From positions 83,390,001 through 83,454,000 of the forward strand of contig OX597817.1 in the NCBI GenBank assembly GCA_951406725.2: a stretch of 64,000 bases of DNA, in the 5' to 3' direction. This document shows positions 26,885 to 40,988 of the stretch, one piece after another. This DNA is from Octopus vulgaris. Its lineage: Eukaryota. The first letter of the stretch is position 1, and each line of letters starts with the position of its first letter. The notes under the pieces are model-generated. The model did no database searches, was not told the DNA's origin, and was given only the letters and a program-made list of their open reading frames with translations. The position numbers were made by a program, and so were the translations under genes.

Positions 26885-27560
26885 ATTGTTCTGGGCTAGT
26901 AGCGTACATTGACAAATTCTGCACTTATCATTTTCTGATGTGTTGTCTATTCTGTATTTGATGTAATTTGTTCTTAATGTTTGTTCTTGGGCAGCACATA
27001 ATAGGGCCTCCGTTTCTGGTTTTAAATCACTTTTAGTCATATATAACCATCTTTTTTCTCTGTCTGTTTTATCTTCAACATCCCTATGAAATTTTCCATG
27101 CATACGTTACTTTATTCACCTATTTTCAGTTTCATTCATTCTCAAGTGCTTGTACAGTGCTGTATCTTTGCAATCTTCCATCCTACACAAGCCTGACTTG
27201 CTTACTTCCAGTAACAGCGGTTCTGTAGCATTTTTTACCTACTGTGCTATGTGGTTTTCTTCTGCTCTAACGCTGTGTTCCCATCCAATCAGTCTTCTCC
27301 TTCTCTTTTTCTTGGTACGTACAGTCTGTCTGTGTCCCCTTTTGGGTGGAGTATCCCATACCTAGTCAGCAACATCGTTATCTTTCTGTCTAAGCTGTTT
27401 AGTTCGTCTACTGTTCATGCGATTACCCCTGCTCCATATCTAAGGCGTGAAACCGCCCATGTGTTGATTGCTTCGATCTTATTCCGTCCGCAAGTACCCT
27501 GCCTTAAATTTTTCTGTCATTTTTTTCTCCATCAGTTTATCCATTTCCAATATCACTGAG
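26885..27560 (-). mobile_element. R4/Dong-like lineage D, internal fragment (thumb to knuckle)
   Basis: AINTWAVSRLRYGAGVI and ORF 26867..27103 MHGKFHRDV..SDLKPETEALLCAAQEQTLRTNYIKYRID..CRIC. Confidence 0.85.
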
Positions 27561-27585
27561 TACTATCATTGTTGTTGTTGTTGTT

Positions 27586-27805
27586 AAGACGGTGATCTGG
27601 CAGAATCGTTAGCATGCCGGGCGAAATGCTTAATGTAATGGTATTTCGTCTGTCGCTACTTTCTGAGTTCAAATTCCGCCGATTTGTACTTTGCCATTCA
27701 TCCTTTTGGGTTCGATAAATTAAGTACCAGTGAAACGCTGGTGACTATGTATTTGACTAACCCCCTTCCCCAAAATTTCAGCCTTTGTGCCTATAGTAGA
27801 GAGGA
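27586..27805 (+). mobile_element. MetaSINE-type tRNA-derived SINE
   Basis: tggcagaatcgttagc, gagttcaaattcc, tcatccttttgggttcgataaattaagtaccag, (ATT)n tail. Confidence 0.85.
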
Positions 27806-27901
27806 TTATTTCATTTTATTATTATTATTATTATGATTATTATTATTATTACTACTACTACTACTACTACTACTATTATTATTATTATTATTATTATTAT
27901 T

Positions 27902-28455
27902 GAGTGAGAGAGCAGTGCATGCCATCAAAGTGACACTGGGGTAAAATATACGAAGCCCAGTATACCCATCATGACTACCCGTCTGATAAGGGTACACAAG
28001 GCACATGCATCACAACCATATGTGGGCGACATAGTGATCTCATATCAAGATAAACAGCACATGTCCTTGCAAGTGGGGCCCAGTTAGAATTTTCTTCGGG
28101 TCGTGTAGCCCATCCTGCTCAAAAGGTCCCTGAATAAGGATTGTTTAAGGATGTTGAACAAACCACCCATGTTTCCAAAGGTGAATTATCCAAACCTCTA
28201 AGAATACCTCTCAACACACGTCTATGATGCTCTCCCACTACTTCTGCTCATGATCAGAGATGCACATATCGTCAGCCTCTAAGGGACATGCTCAACTGGT
28301 TAAGGTCAAACAGCTGACAAGCAAATCTGTGGTATTGAGAAGAATATTTGCTGTAGCCCATCTTTTATACCAGGACAAAACAATGTACATGATAACACTT
28401 CTAATCAGTTAAGATCAGAAGCTATGAGAGCCACTGCCTGGTACTGCATCAGGGC

Positions 28456-28459
<4 letters not shown>
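27902..28459 (-). mobile_element. 558-bp non-coding (TAA)n-embedded element, copy 4 (full length)
   Basis: Same length and ends as 4483-5040. Confidence 0.9.
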
Positions 28460-28524
<65 letters not shown>

Positions 28525-28529
28525 TATTA

Positions 28530-29890
28530 TTTACGTTATTGTTGCTTTGTTTTATATGAGCTGTTCAAAGTTTCCCCAAGTGACCTCAAGTAACAGCAAG
28601 CTGGACGTTTTACTATGGACGTTATTTATGATCAGCTATGATATAATGTACGTAAAGGTCAGAACCTAGAAAGATTGTGTTCAATTAATGATATTTCTGT
28701 TTTTATAATCTTTTAAGAGATTTTATTAGGATTGGGACAATACACATAGAAAAGTATTTATTGTAGTTCTGATGATTTGGAGTTTCCCGGCATTTGGCCA
28801 TGCTGTTCAAGCGCGCCTTTTGTTATTGTTCCCAAAGCTCTGATGATTACATTTACAGTTGTTCTTAGATGCAACATTTCTTAGACTTCCATTTCAAGGA
28901 CCTTATATTTACTTAATTTTTCAAAGAACTTTACAGAAGAGTTGCAGTCTACCGGAATTGACATATCTATGAGGAGACCTGTTTTGACAACATATTTTTG
29001 GCCACAGTATCTGGTATACTGGCCGGTATAACTCGATCAGTCTGGATATTAAACTCCCCAAGAAGGGTGATATCTTTAATTTCTGCAGTATCAACTCTGT
29101 TATATCTGGTCCGCTGTTGGCGGGGGTTTTCAAATGATCAGGAGATTCTCATTCTATATCACAGCTTCTAGTTCATGTTTATACCGCTTTTCTGTTTTCC
29201 CGAAATCACACAATTGGTTAACATCCCAACGCACTATTTTACGTATGCATTCATGCCCGCGCTTATACTCTTTTGTGTTAGCTTAAGGCACTCACCCAAG
29301 AGAAGATTACTACTCTCATGTCCTTTCCAACAGATTCTAGATTTGCTGTTTGACTGAGATTTGTCGATGTTTGCTTTTATCAGATTCGTCCTGACCGCTT
29401 TTCCAGAGAGGCTACAATCAACTCTCAGCCTTTTGTTTCAAGTTTCCATCCATCGGACATATCCAGTGTTCTTTACTTGCAACATCCTCTGTTGCATGAT
29501 GAATTGGCAATGTAGCTCTAGTTCTTTCCATCTGCTTACTCAGTTCTTCTTCCATCACTTCTTGAATTCTCCTACTGTTTCACTGACATTTTGATCATCT
29601 GTTTCAGTAAATCTCTGGACATCTCTCTCTGCCGACAGTATTCTTTCTTCATTCCATACAACATTATTTTTCAGTCCCAATATCACAGTACAATTGCTAT
29701 CTTCTGCATTTAGCAATCATCTGCCTCTTTCCTTTCTTGGAAGGTAGAGTCTCTTAGTGTTTTAATTTGGGTGGTACACGCTGTGCATTGTGAGCAGCTT
29801 CCTAGTTCTTTTATCCAATTTCTGTTACTCCTTCCTTTCGTTGTGGAACTCACCACGACCATCTGAAAGTGGTTGTATTGTTTATCTCTA
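28530..29890 (-). mobile_element. R4/Dong-like lineage E, degenerate 5'-truncated copy
   Basis: RTRKLLTMHSVYHP..RLYLPRKERG and KLSKYKVLEME..NVIIRALGTITKG; (TAA)n tail at 28460-28530. Confidence 0.75.
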
Positions 29891-30092
29891 GTGTCATGAT
29901 TGCATAGGCCTCAAAAAGGAAAAAATAATAAAGACAAGAACAAAGTAACATTCTAAAATATAAACTTGGCGGCAAACGTAGAAGCTGGTCGGCCAGTAAG
30001 AGGCCATAAAATTGGATGTTTCTGCCGAATGCGTCAATTTCAGGATAGATAACAACCTACCCTTACTGTCTGTATTCAGTATAATTTGGAGT

Positions 30093-30479
30093 GTGGAGGC
30101 GCAACGGCCCAGTGGTTAGGGCAGCGGACTCGCGGTCATAAGATCGCGGTTTCGATTCCCAGACCGGGCGTTGTGAGTGTTTATTGAGCGAAAACACCTA
30201 AAAGCTCCACGAGGCTCCGGCAGGGGATCGTGGTGATCCCTGCTGTACTCTTTCACCACAACTTTCTCTCACTCTTACTTCCTGTTTCTGTTGTACCTGT
30301 ATTTCAAGGGGCCGGCCTTGTCACTCCCTGTGTCACGCTGAATATCCCCGAGAACTACGTTAAGGGTGCACGTGTCTGTGGAGTGCTCAGCCACTTACAC
30401 GTTAATTTCACGAGCAGGCTGTTCCGTTGATTCGGATCAACCGGAACCCTCATCGTCGTAACCGACGGAGTGCTTCCAC
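30093..30479 (+). mobile_element. tRNA-Arg-derived SINE (octopus OR1/OR2-like), full length
   Basis: A box ggcccagtggttag, anticodon arm gactcgcggtc (TCG), B box ggtttcgattcc; TSD ataatttrgagt at 30081-30092 and 30480-30491. Confidence 0.85.
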
Positions 30480-30530
30480 ATAATTTAGAGTACAGTAAAT
30501 GCAACAACCTACAAAGCAACAATAACATGA

Positions 30531-30589
<59 letters not shown>

Positions 30590-30655
30590 CATATATATTT
30601 ACAAATATATATAGATAGAGAGAGAGAGACATACATACATAGATAGGTAGTAGAG

Positions 30656-30688
<33 letters not shown>

Positions 30689-31186
30689 AGCTTACAGATA
30701 GATAGATACATAGATAGCTAAATAAATTGCTGCTTTAACATGTTGATTGAATAATCAATTGGTCTTTAGTCTTTTTTTTTTCTCTCAGTGTCTTTTCAAC
30801 ACAATTGGCGACGTCATCAATGACATGTGCTCCCTCTACAAAGTCTGACTGAAAACTAGTTTTATGCCTATGTATGTATGTATGCATGTATGTATTCGGT
30901 AGACTACCTTCTGTAGAATGCATGGAGATTGATTGTAGGAACCGGAATACGGTATACACTGGGGAAAGTTTAAAGAGTTTAACTGAGACACTAAATAAAC
31001 ATTGGCGGAAATATAATGACAAGAAACCCTGGTCGATAGTTTACCACACAAACCAAAGATTAACATAGAAGCATGCTGAATCAAACCAGTATCTAAATCT
31101 TGTCTAAACACTCGAGATATGCCTCGTTACAAGAGACACGAAAGCTTGTTTCCATAAATAAGACAATGCCGACCCTAAATGTAATA

Positions 31187-31520
31187 TCTATTAGATAAAA
31201 TCCGTTCTTTCCATCTGCCTGTGTGTCTTCTAGGATCTCGGGCATCCTCTATACGATTGCACTCAAATTTGATATGTAGATACCGACGGTATCAGGGCGT
31301 GTATAAGTCTTGAAAAAATTATGAAAATCGATTCCAGGTGAGAATGCGATCGATAAAGCCGTGGGAACGTGCATTTGTATGCGCAAGTTCATCAGCTGTT
31401 GCGATGTACTTACTGGTACTTTAAACTCTTCCGTTGCATATTTGTGTGAATAAAATCGTTTTTCTTAGGAATAGAAAACAGTCTATCTTTATTTCTTCTT
31501 TTGCTGGTGTCTTAAATTTA
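31187..31520 (+). mobile_element. Possible non-autonomous Helitron-like fragment
   Basis: atctattagataaaa start, tctgcctgtgtgtct and gattgcactcaaatttg resemble Helitron-N 5' regions; no clear 3' end. Confidence 0.3.
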
Positions 31521-32217
31521 AGTTAAATCAGTGTGTCTCAAAGGGGATGCCTATGAGACAAGTTGTTTGGAGAAAATTTGGTTTAAATATTTGACAACAC
31601 AGCACCGTCCATTGGACGGGGGGCGTTTTGCTCATATACATATATAATAGAAGCGCAGCAGAACTGCTACTGCTCACGCAACATATAACAATGTAGGCAA
31701 CGCATAACAATGTGTACGTCGGTGCGTTTAGGAGGGCATGAATGAGTATAGGTATTATATATATATGCTGGTATTATAGTAGCAGCAGGATAGAAAGAAA
31801 CTCCTAAAGATGGGTATATGTGATTATGAACAATTTCAGTACACAGCCATACACATCCACGCCACGCATGCACTCACGAAAGCACACATGCAAGAACGTA
31901 CAACTACATCCACGCACACACAGAAATACACAAGCACAAGTGCACACATATGCGCGCGCACATATACACATGCGAGAACACACACACGTTCAAGAATGTA
32001 CACACGTACACACAGTCGCATACCTTTTCCAAAACCAACCGACTATACCTCACACACACATATGCAAAAAATCACACACACAAGAACGCACACACGCAAA
32101 CATACATGCAGACGCATACCTCTTCTAAAAAAAACCTATTACAACAAACACGCACCAGATCACAAATATAACTAAACACTTAAACATCAACATATATACA
32201 TATATACATACATAAAT

Positions 32218-32310
32218 GCATACATACATACATACATACATACATACATACATACATACATACATACATACATACATACATACATACATACATACATACA
32301 TACATACATA
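32218..32310. repeat. (ACAT)n microsatellite
   Basis: Direct reading. Confidence 0.95.
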
Positions 32311-32583
32311 GGTAGACTCGAAGTAAACCTTGAAGAGTGAGGGCACGTCAGTGATGAGATCGCGAATAATGACGAATGGACTCTGATAAAAAAACAAAAA
32401 CTAACGATTGAGTGATTTTTCAATCAACCCGTTGAACCAGCAATTGAATAGTTAGTTGGTACAAAATAAATGAGTGGTATTGAACCACTGCGTGTATTGG
32501 TTTAATTTTTATTCGCATAATGACCCCTTAGATAACAGAATTGTTCCAACACAAGAATTCACATCAAGAATCTTGCAAACCAA

Positions 32584-32633
<50 letters not shown>

Positions 32634-32635
32634 TC

Positions 32636-32850
32636 AATGATTATACCGCGACCATGATGATGTATCGCCGTGAAGAATTTTAGTCGAACGAATCGCCTCC
32701 AGTACTTATTTTGTGTACAGATGATACTTATTATATTGGTCACTTTTGCCGAACAGCTAAGTTACGGGGACGTAAATACACCCACACTGTTTGTGAAGCG
32801 GTGGATGGGAGGAAAGAAACACAAGCACAAAGACACGCAATCACACACAC
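32636..32850 (-). mobile_element. tRNA/CORE-type SINE, 3' half
   Basis: ttttagtcgaacgaatcg..ttttgccgaacagctaagttacggggacgtaaa. Confidence 0.7.
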
Positions 32851-34639
32851 ACTCACACAAAAACGTATGGATGTCCAAAGCAAAAACTGAACTCAGAATG
32901 TTCAGACTCGAAACAAATATAACATGGAATGTTATCTACCATTGTATTGCTGCCAAGCATATGTACAAAGTCAAATAACAGAGTATAATTTACTGCTTTA
33001 AGTTAACGTTGAGGCAGATGTTCTGTGAGGAAATAACTTATGTGTTGGCAATAACATTGTAACGTCCATAAATACAAGATAAAACTGGTTAATGATACTT
33101 TGGTAGTATCATTTTTCCTTAATTTTAATGTGCTTCATTTATATTCAGTTTATGCAGCTTTTCGATGTCGACAATGCATTCGGAAGTAGTGGAGAAAATA
33201 TGCCTTCTCGTACAATCAGCTCATTTAAATAACAATCGAAAAGTTCCAACAACATGGTTCCTATTGTGCGGTATATCCTAATCAAAAATTCTAATTTAGT
33301 ACAATTTTCAGTCTTACTTGTTCAGAATGGGTGCCTTTGGGTTGTTTGTAAAAGAAATATTAAGATAATTTTTCATGCTATTTGCTGTTCTTGTCATAAG
33401 GCAGATTTTTTTCAAGCAATATTGAAGCAAGACAATAAATTATGAGAGCACTTGTATAACAATAGTATCTAATCACCATATAATAAGGACATATAATTGT
33501 ATAGTATATCTCCTCCAAGATATGCTGCGTAATTACTCTAACTCGCATTAGAAACTAAGCTTGACACAAATATACTAAAATATGCAATTACCAAATACAC
33601 AGTATCCCTTCTTTCTACAAAGTAACGTGCAACACAGGCAACAAACCAATACATTCAGTAGCACTGAAATACACATACATGTACACACATGTTCACACAC
33701 GGGCATGCACACTTATACAGACACAGGCACGCGCGCACACATGCACACATACGCAGGTACGCACGCACATGCACAAACACACATACGCAAACACGCCCAA
33801 GGAAAAGAGACAAAAAAATTCTAGGAAACCTTTCCAGCACACATAACACACTAAATCTATAAAAAAAATCGACGCCGAAATAGTTATTAAATATCAAATG
33901 TATTAAGCAAACTTTATTATTGAAAGCATCATGGCAACATATAGTATACGGCCGTACATGTATCTATAATTTCTTTCAAAGAAGTCACAACAAACGACAA
34001 AGAAACCAAACCAGCTCGAAAATCATACTCATGGGATGCACACAGTACAAACGAAACAAATCAAACACAGAATAAATTATTCTTTCTCACGTGAGGTAAG
34101 GGTTTATTATCTGTATCATTATATAAACCAACCTGCAAAACATGGGTGCTTTTTAACTCAAATTTACCGATCAAATTCCTTTTCTTTCTTTGTGTGATGC
34201 AGTGCGTTACAATTACTCTTTGTTAAAAGTCTATGGTAAGCTGATGGAGAAATATCGAATTTCATACCAAATATAACAGTTAGTGTCATGAAATTTCGTT
34301 TTAAATCGTGTGATGTAGCACGTTCCAATTTCTCATTCTAAAAGTCCTATAGTGTTTTGTGCTGGTGGAGAAAAAATATCGTATTTTTATGGCTTATGTA
34401 ATATCTTCTTTTGTTATCGACCCTGCAAATCACCGACTATGTCTAAAACATGCCATCGCACGATACTGAATATACCTCTTTGCACTAAACAGTTGCAGCA
34501 TTAATAATCTATTTTAGTCATACACAGCCGAGATTAGTGCAGAGATATCGTGAATTTCATAGTCTAAGCGATTCCATCCTGCCCACTTCTTTAGGGGAGT
34601 GTAGTGTATTCTTCAACTAAGCAAATGTGCCGTATATCA

Positions 34640-35005
34640 AAAGAACTGGAACGGTAGATTGTAGCTAATCTTTCTATTGACTAGATTCCATAATTCTGTT
34701 GAAAAAGAGCTGTCATTGCTGGTGAAATACTTTTCCAAGTGAATTTTCACATCATCTTTTGTGTTGAAGATCTGTCCATTCAACGAATATTTGAAGAAAC
34801 CAAAAAAGACGGTAATCTGAAGGCGCCAGATCGGATAGTGCGACAAAACTTCCCAGTCAGACCTCAATAACTTCAGCCATGTCAGAAAATACGTATGTAG
34901 TCTGGCACCGTTGCAATGAAAAACGATTAGCAAGTGATGACGCTCCTGGTGGATCACTATTTCTAATTAATCCGGCTGGTCACAGTACACATGCGAATTG
35001 ATGAT
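34640..35005 (-). mobile_element. Mariner transposase relic
   Basis: INSHVYCDQ, IVFHCNGARLH, WEVLSH and SLNGQIFNTKDDVKIHLEKYF. Confidence 0.7.
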
Positions 35006-35104
35006 CCTGTCCTATTCCCCTACACTTAGCATCGAATCCATCATAGCGGCATTTAATAAGCGCATCTTTCATAGACATAACACAATAACCACAACTAATG
35101 AGTC

Positions 35105-36030
35105 GTACTAGAAATAAGTGCAGAAAAAGCTAAGCGCATGAAAGCCCGTGCTAAAATCGCTGCCTTAGATATTCTGACTGATAAATGGTAAGAAAAACCT
35201 CTCAATGGGAAATACCCAAGGAGAGCGAATAATGCCGATGTTGACAAAGCCCCTACCCATCAATGGCTACTGGCTTCTGGCTTCTGGCTTAAAATCAGAA
35301 ACAGAAGGGTTTATCATGGCAGTCCAAGATCAATGCCTACCTACAAGGAACTATCAGATGAACATATTAAAAAACGGCAGCTCTCAATATGTCGTGTATG
35401 TCAACAACAAAATGAAACCATTGATCATGTTGTCTCTATGTGTAGTCTTCTTGCGCCTACATAGTATCTCAACAGGCATGATAGAGCTTCACAATATATT
35501 CACTGGGTAATTTGCAAAAACCTGGACTTGCCCCATGATAAAAACTCGTTGGAACACAAACCACCCCCTGTGCTTGAAAATGTTCACATCTCACTCCTCT
35601 GGAACTTCACCATTCAAACTGACAGAAAGATAGATGCAAATAGGCCAGCCATCATATTGAAAGCCTTCAGACAAAATCATGCCTCCTCATTGATATGACT
35701 GTCCCAATCGATATAAATGTATGTGTCAAGACCTACCAAAAACTGAGCAAGTATAAAGATCTTGAAATAGAAATTAGCAAGATAGTGCTCATGGGAACTG
35801 CCCCTATGCTACGTCAAATACTGTCTATGTAATCTCAAATTTTAAAACAAACACAATTTTCTTATGGTTTCTTAAACATTCTCTAGAACAACGCTATGTA
35901 CAAAACCAAATATATGGCACCCTAGGCATAACACCAACATGAACTTCTAACTTGTTGTCTCTTGAGGTCTCTGGGCGAAACTTGGAGCCAACTTGTACAA
36001 ATGCAAAGCAAAAGTCAAACATAAAATAAT
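35105..36030 (+). mobile_element. R4/Dong-like lineage A, 5'-truncated, with an internal deletion at about 35781
   Basis: WLLASGLKSETEGFIMAVQDQCLPTRNY, RHDRASQYIHW, LWNFTIQTDRKIDANRP; (AAT)n tail. Confidence 0.85.
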
Positions 36031-36289
36031 AAAAATAATAATAGCGACAACATCAGTAGTACAATTTACAAAAACAGGGTTTATACTACAAACCGCAACA
36101 ATAACGCTACACTTAATCTCTCCCATGAGTCAACAATCTCTCTGTTTCCAATCAGCAGTACCTATAATAACAGTACATATATCATCGGAAACAATGACTG
36201 TGCGAAGAACGGATCAGAAGGAACTAGCTTAGACCATCATACATCCTCTAATTATGCATTCTGTAATTCACTTAGCGGGAAATTCCTAA

Positions 36290-38010
36290 ACCAATTAGAG
36301 CCAATTGTAACTCAAAATAATTGGGATAACTACCCGTTAGGAGCTCATAGCTAGTCTTGATGTACTTTTAAAGTGCACGGTTCTTAATATACTCCAAAAC
36401 CCCACCAAGGTTTATACTGAAGCTACTGTCAGTTTTAAGCAAAGATATTTTGTGCATTTAAACTCATTTAAATATGAAAAACATAGTAGATCTATTTGTT
36501 TCGCGGAACATGTACACTACCTTTAGAAAAAGACCAAGCCACATAATATACTTTGGTCATTCATTGACGCAGGTCCTCCATATCAAGAAGAAAATACCTC
36601 GTCTTGGTTATGCTTGAGGGAATGTATAGAAATCCTATCACATAATCCTATGCAATTTTTAACTAAGCAACACAAACTCTTTTCTTTGTATGTTCCCAAA
36701 ATCTTTAAATAATTTTCATTTTATCATAAATCTAATCGCGGTAAAACAACCACCTCTGATTCTCACTGATATATAGGTTAAATATCGTACGAGCTGACTT
36801 AATTAAATCAGCATAGCTACATTATTATCATGTCCATTTTATTGTTTTATTTTATAGATTCTCATTTTTCCTTAATTCCTATTTATGCATCCCACCTAGA
36901 TTATAATATTTGCAACACTAATGCTATTAAATGAACACCTCTAGACCTTCTCTTTTCATGGTTATAGAGTTAAACAATTGGTATAAAAATATATATGACC
37001 AGATTTCTTCACTGATTTATTCATAAATCTATTATCCATTATTGCTATATTTGTTTCATTCCTGGGCCCTATAATTTCACTCCTGTATAACTTAGTAAAA
37101 ATGGTTTTTTTTCATTTAAAAATTCTTAAAACTACTTTTATTCATCTATTCCCTACGATCATACACTCTCACTAACACTACAAGTTTTAAAATCTTAACA
37201 TTATTTGCATCTGTATCTAGCGACATCGTAACCGAATGAGCCCTAAATCTCTCCTCACCGCAAGTCGTAATTACGATCCCTGTAGTTGTGGCTACAATTC
37301 GAGAACTTCATTGTCTTTTACAACCACATTATTACTAACCTAACCCCTCCCACCCACTCTAATGGCTCTGGCCAATACTAGTGGTCAGATATGAGATGAG
37401 ACTATCTGACATCTGCAATTTTTCATCCCTTATCTATCTGTATGCGTGTATATATCCCATAACCTCTTTCACCAAACATGCTCTCACTAGGCTCTATCCA
37501 CTCATGCATCTACCATTCAATCTTTCCTTCATACTTTAGTAGATATTCCAACTCAGTCCTTATTCACTCACTATTCAAAAATGGAACTAGTAGCTTCCAT
37601 TATCCTTTGCCATGGATTATTATCGAATCTTCATTTATGGAACAGCTAATGAACTTTATCTATAACTCTATTATTTCTTAAAACGCATATACTTTTCATT
37701 CTGATCCTTCATTCCCCGACGAACTGGAAAGTACTAATATCCTCGATTGGGGATATTTTTCATTTCTACATTTTCTGATTTCTCTCTCTCCGATGACGGT
37801 ATATTTAATTTATGGAATGCTTTCCCAATATCATAATCCACATGCTTGGCTATTCTAGAAACAGCTTTAAGAGAATATCTTTTTGCTCTAGCTACTCTTC
37901 ACTATATTTATATTCTCTATTGAAATTAAATGTTTTTCAACTGATGCCAATTTTTTTGCTTTAGCTCTTTCTATTTTAATTTATATCCACTCTCTCAAGG
38001 AGAGATCACT
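36290..38010 (+). mobile_element. Penelope-like element 3' part: GIY-YIG endonuclease relic plus pLTR
   Basis: About 36428-36690 translates to SFKQRYFVHLNSFKYEKHSRSICFAEHVHYL*KKTKPHNILWSFIDAGPPY..LCLRECIEIL; hammerhead relic downstream. Confidence 0.7.
37785..37874 (+). ncRNA. Degenerate type I hammerhead (CCGAUGA core)
   Basis: UCUCU-CCGAUGA-..-GAAA-CAGCUU-UA-AGAGA. Confidence 0.5.
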
Positions 38011-38179
38011 TCTAGCATTTGATAGGGATATTCAGCAGCATATTTTTCAGTTGCAGTCCAGCCGGAGTTTTTGTGGTAGACAAAATTGAGTGCTCATAGT
38101 TCATACCTGTTACATTTCGCCAATTGAACAAAATTCCTTGTGTGTGTGCTTCAATACGAAACAATTCAGGAGAAAATAT

Positions 38180-38340
38180 TTGCAAAGATATTATTGACTC
38201 TGTTATTATAAAGCGTATCAATTAAAAATGATAATAACGGAATCAATAATATAGGCGATTGCAAAGATATTATTGACTGTTATCATCTAGTGTAACAATT
38301 AAAAATGATAACAAGAGAATCAATAATATAGGCGATTGCA
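38180..38340. repeat. About 78-bp diverged tandem duplication
   Basis: ttgcaaagatattattgact..gaatcaataatataggcgattgca occurs twice. Confidence 0.8.
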
Positions 38341-38383
38341 GGCCCAAAAAACATTAAATAACGGAAGGCTTAATTTAATCAAA

Positions 38384-38643
38384 GGACATACTAAGTATGT
38401 CTACCTGCTGGAAATAACAGTCAAATCTCGTATTTAAATCGCCGAAAAAGGCACTAATGATTACTACAGAGATCAACCGTCTGCGGGTAAACGAGCTAAG
38501 ACAAGCTCTCAACATACATTCAAGTATTTAGAATCACGTGGACCGGTTTCTGGACTGGCATTATAGCCTATCTCTCCTCAGCACGAGATTTAATTAAGAG
38601 TTTTGACTGTTATTTCCAGCAGATAGACATACTTAGTATATCC
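38384..38643. mobile_element. Small foldback (57-bp arms, 38384-38440 / 38587-38643) carrying a hammerhead
   Basis: actaagtatgtcta-ctgctggaaataacagtcaaa is inverted; (TA)n begins about 30 bp to the right. Confidence 0.7.
38537..38585 (-). ncRNA. Type I minimal hammerhead ribozyme, near intact
   Basis: CGUG-CUGAGGA-GAGAUAGGC uauaau GCCAGUCCA-GAAA-CCGG-UC-CACG. Confidence 0.75.
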
Positions 38644-38672
38644 ATTGATCTACTAAGCTATACATCCTTCAG

Positions 38673-38736
<64 letters not shown>

Positions 38737-38859
38737 GTAGGTTATATGTATCTCTTTTTATTTTCTATAAATTCCTTTTTGTTTTCTTATTTTTGATATC
38801 CTTCCCTATTAATCTCTTATCCCTTATAATTTGTTACTGTTCTTAAATATAAATTTTTT

Positions 38860-39075
38860 CAGCTATTTAAGTCTAAGCGAGATGGTTATATTATATCTAT
38901 ATAAACGTAGAAATATTTGTATGTATGTATGCATATATGTGCATAACCTATTAACCATTTAGCCTTAATAAATTGTTATTTTTCTTCTTCGTAAATAGAT
39001 ATTTTTCAGTTACTTAAGTCTATACGAGATGGTTATACTATATCCATATAAACGTATAAATAGTTGTGTATGTGT
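38860..39075. repeat. About 70-bp diverged direct repeat (period about 148 bp)
   Basis: ttaagtcta--cgagatggttata-tatatc-atataaacgta occurs twice. Confidence 0.7.
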
Positions 39076-40324
39076 GCATCTGTGCACCTATATAAATATG
39101 TGTGTGTATCTGAACACATCTTTATTTTTTCTGATTCTTGGCCATAATTAATATCTAGGTAGCATGTTTATCTTTCCAGTATTCTATAAGTAAATGCCCA
39201 GAGCAGTCTTTATAGAAACCGCCTACTAAGTCATTAAGTACATGAATGAATATTAAACTCATTCTATGTAATCTTTCCATTTTAATGTTTATAATTTATA
39301 TATGCTCACAGTTTACCTATTTTGGTTATGATATCATTTTTGAAAATCTTAAATTTTACTTTCATACAACATAACAATATTGTTTATAAACAACCACCCA
39401 TAGTACCTTAAGATAAAATTTCCTCTGTATCAGCATCATAGGTTTTATTAGCGTCTTGCCCCTTTAACTGGTAATTGATATCATGATTTTGAGTCTTCTC
39501 CTACCCAGCCTCCTTTTATGGACAGTCACTCTATATCCAATTGACTACTCCTAATGTCTTCTTTTCTCCCTGAGGAAAAGGATATATATGACAATATTTA
39601 TGACTATACCTAGCCATGAGCCGTCAACTGTTGGCGCAATAGTAATTTTAATATGATTTATTAACTGACATTTAAAGGGCTTCAGCACAAACAATATCTG
39701 TTACTTTTAAGAATTTAAGAGTGTTAATAATAATTTGGGGTTAAAAAGCATATAGGTTGTAAAAATATACCGCTAACTAGGCTGTGTGTACTTTACTCTA
39801 AACCAGTATATTAGATTTATATAAACGTACATACTATGTATGAAATTGGCAAAAATGGTAATTCTGTGTGGCAGTTGTGAGCAATTTCTTTCTTTCTTTA
39901 TTTATTTATTCATTTATTTATTTATTTTGGAAGATACGTATAAACGAATTTTTCGTAAACCTATTAGTCCTACAACCAGAGATTGTAGTAGTTTTATAGA
40001 AAAAATTTTTTCATATTTGACAAATATATAACTAGAGTTGTGAACGTCTACTGTCAGTAATTTGTGTAAAAGCTTTCGATTTGGAAGAAAATGTATCAAT
40101 TCATTCAATGGAGAACAGATTTTGCGCAAACATTCATACATACGTTTAGTTACACACACAAGCATTCATACACATATACTCACGTGCACGCACGCATGTA
40201 CAAGCCCGCGCACACACGCTCGCATACACAACTGTATCTATCTTTATATGTGTATATACATGCATATATATATATATATATGGTGAGTTAAAGAGTTAAA
40301 TAGATAGATAAAGATTTGTATGCG

Positions 40325-40355
<31 letters not shown>

Positions 40356-40479
40356 GCATGTGTGTGTGTGTGTTTATGTATAATTGCATTTATGTGTATG
40401 TATATACACTTTAGTGCGTATTCACACATGCACACAGACATATGTGTATACAAATTTACTTACACATACACACACACAG

Positions 40480-40532
<53 letters not shown>

Positions 40533-40561
40533 CATAGATATATATACATATATAATTTTTT

Positions 40562-40760
40562 ATTCTCTTACTTGTGTCAGTCATTTGACTACGGCTATGC
40601 TGGAGCACCGCCTTTAGTGAACAGATCGACCCCAAGACTTATTCTTTGTAAGCCTAGTACTTAATCTCTCGGTCTCTTTTGCCAAACCGCTAAGGTACGG
40701 GGACGTAATCCCACCAACAACGGTTGTCAAACGAAGGAGGGGGAACAAACAGACACACAA
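40562..40760 (-). mobile_element. tRNA/CORE-type SINE, 3' half
   Basis: cagtcatttgactacggctatgctggagcaccgcc..cggttgtcaa. Confidence 0.75.
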
Positions 40761-40847
40761 CATACAAGTATATATAAACACACACAAACACACACACATA
40801 TATACATAGATATATATATATGTATATATATATGTATATATATATAT

Positions 40848-40905
<58 letters not shown>

Positions 40906-40942
40906 ATGTATATATATATTATATATATATATTATATATATA

Positions 40943-40988
<46 letters not shown>

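Noticed and set aside
30093-30170. tRNA-Arg(TCG)-like sequence
   Set aside because: It is a SINE head: it continues into a SINE body, has TSDs and lacks a proper acceptor stem and terminator.
34190-34380. Diverged repeat of about 65 bp with a period of about 118 bp
   Set aside because: Old local duplication with no further structure I can interpret.
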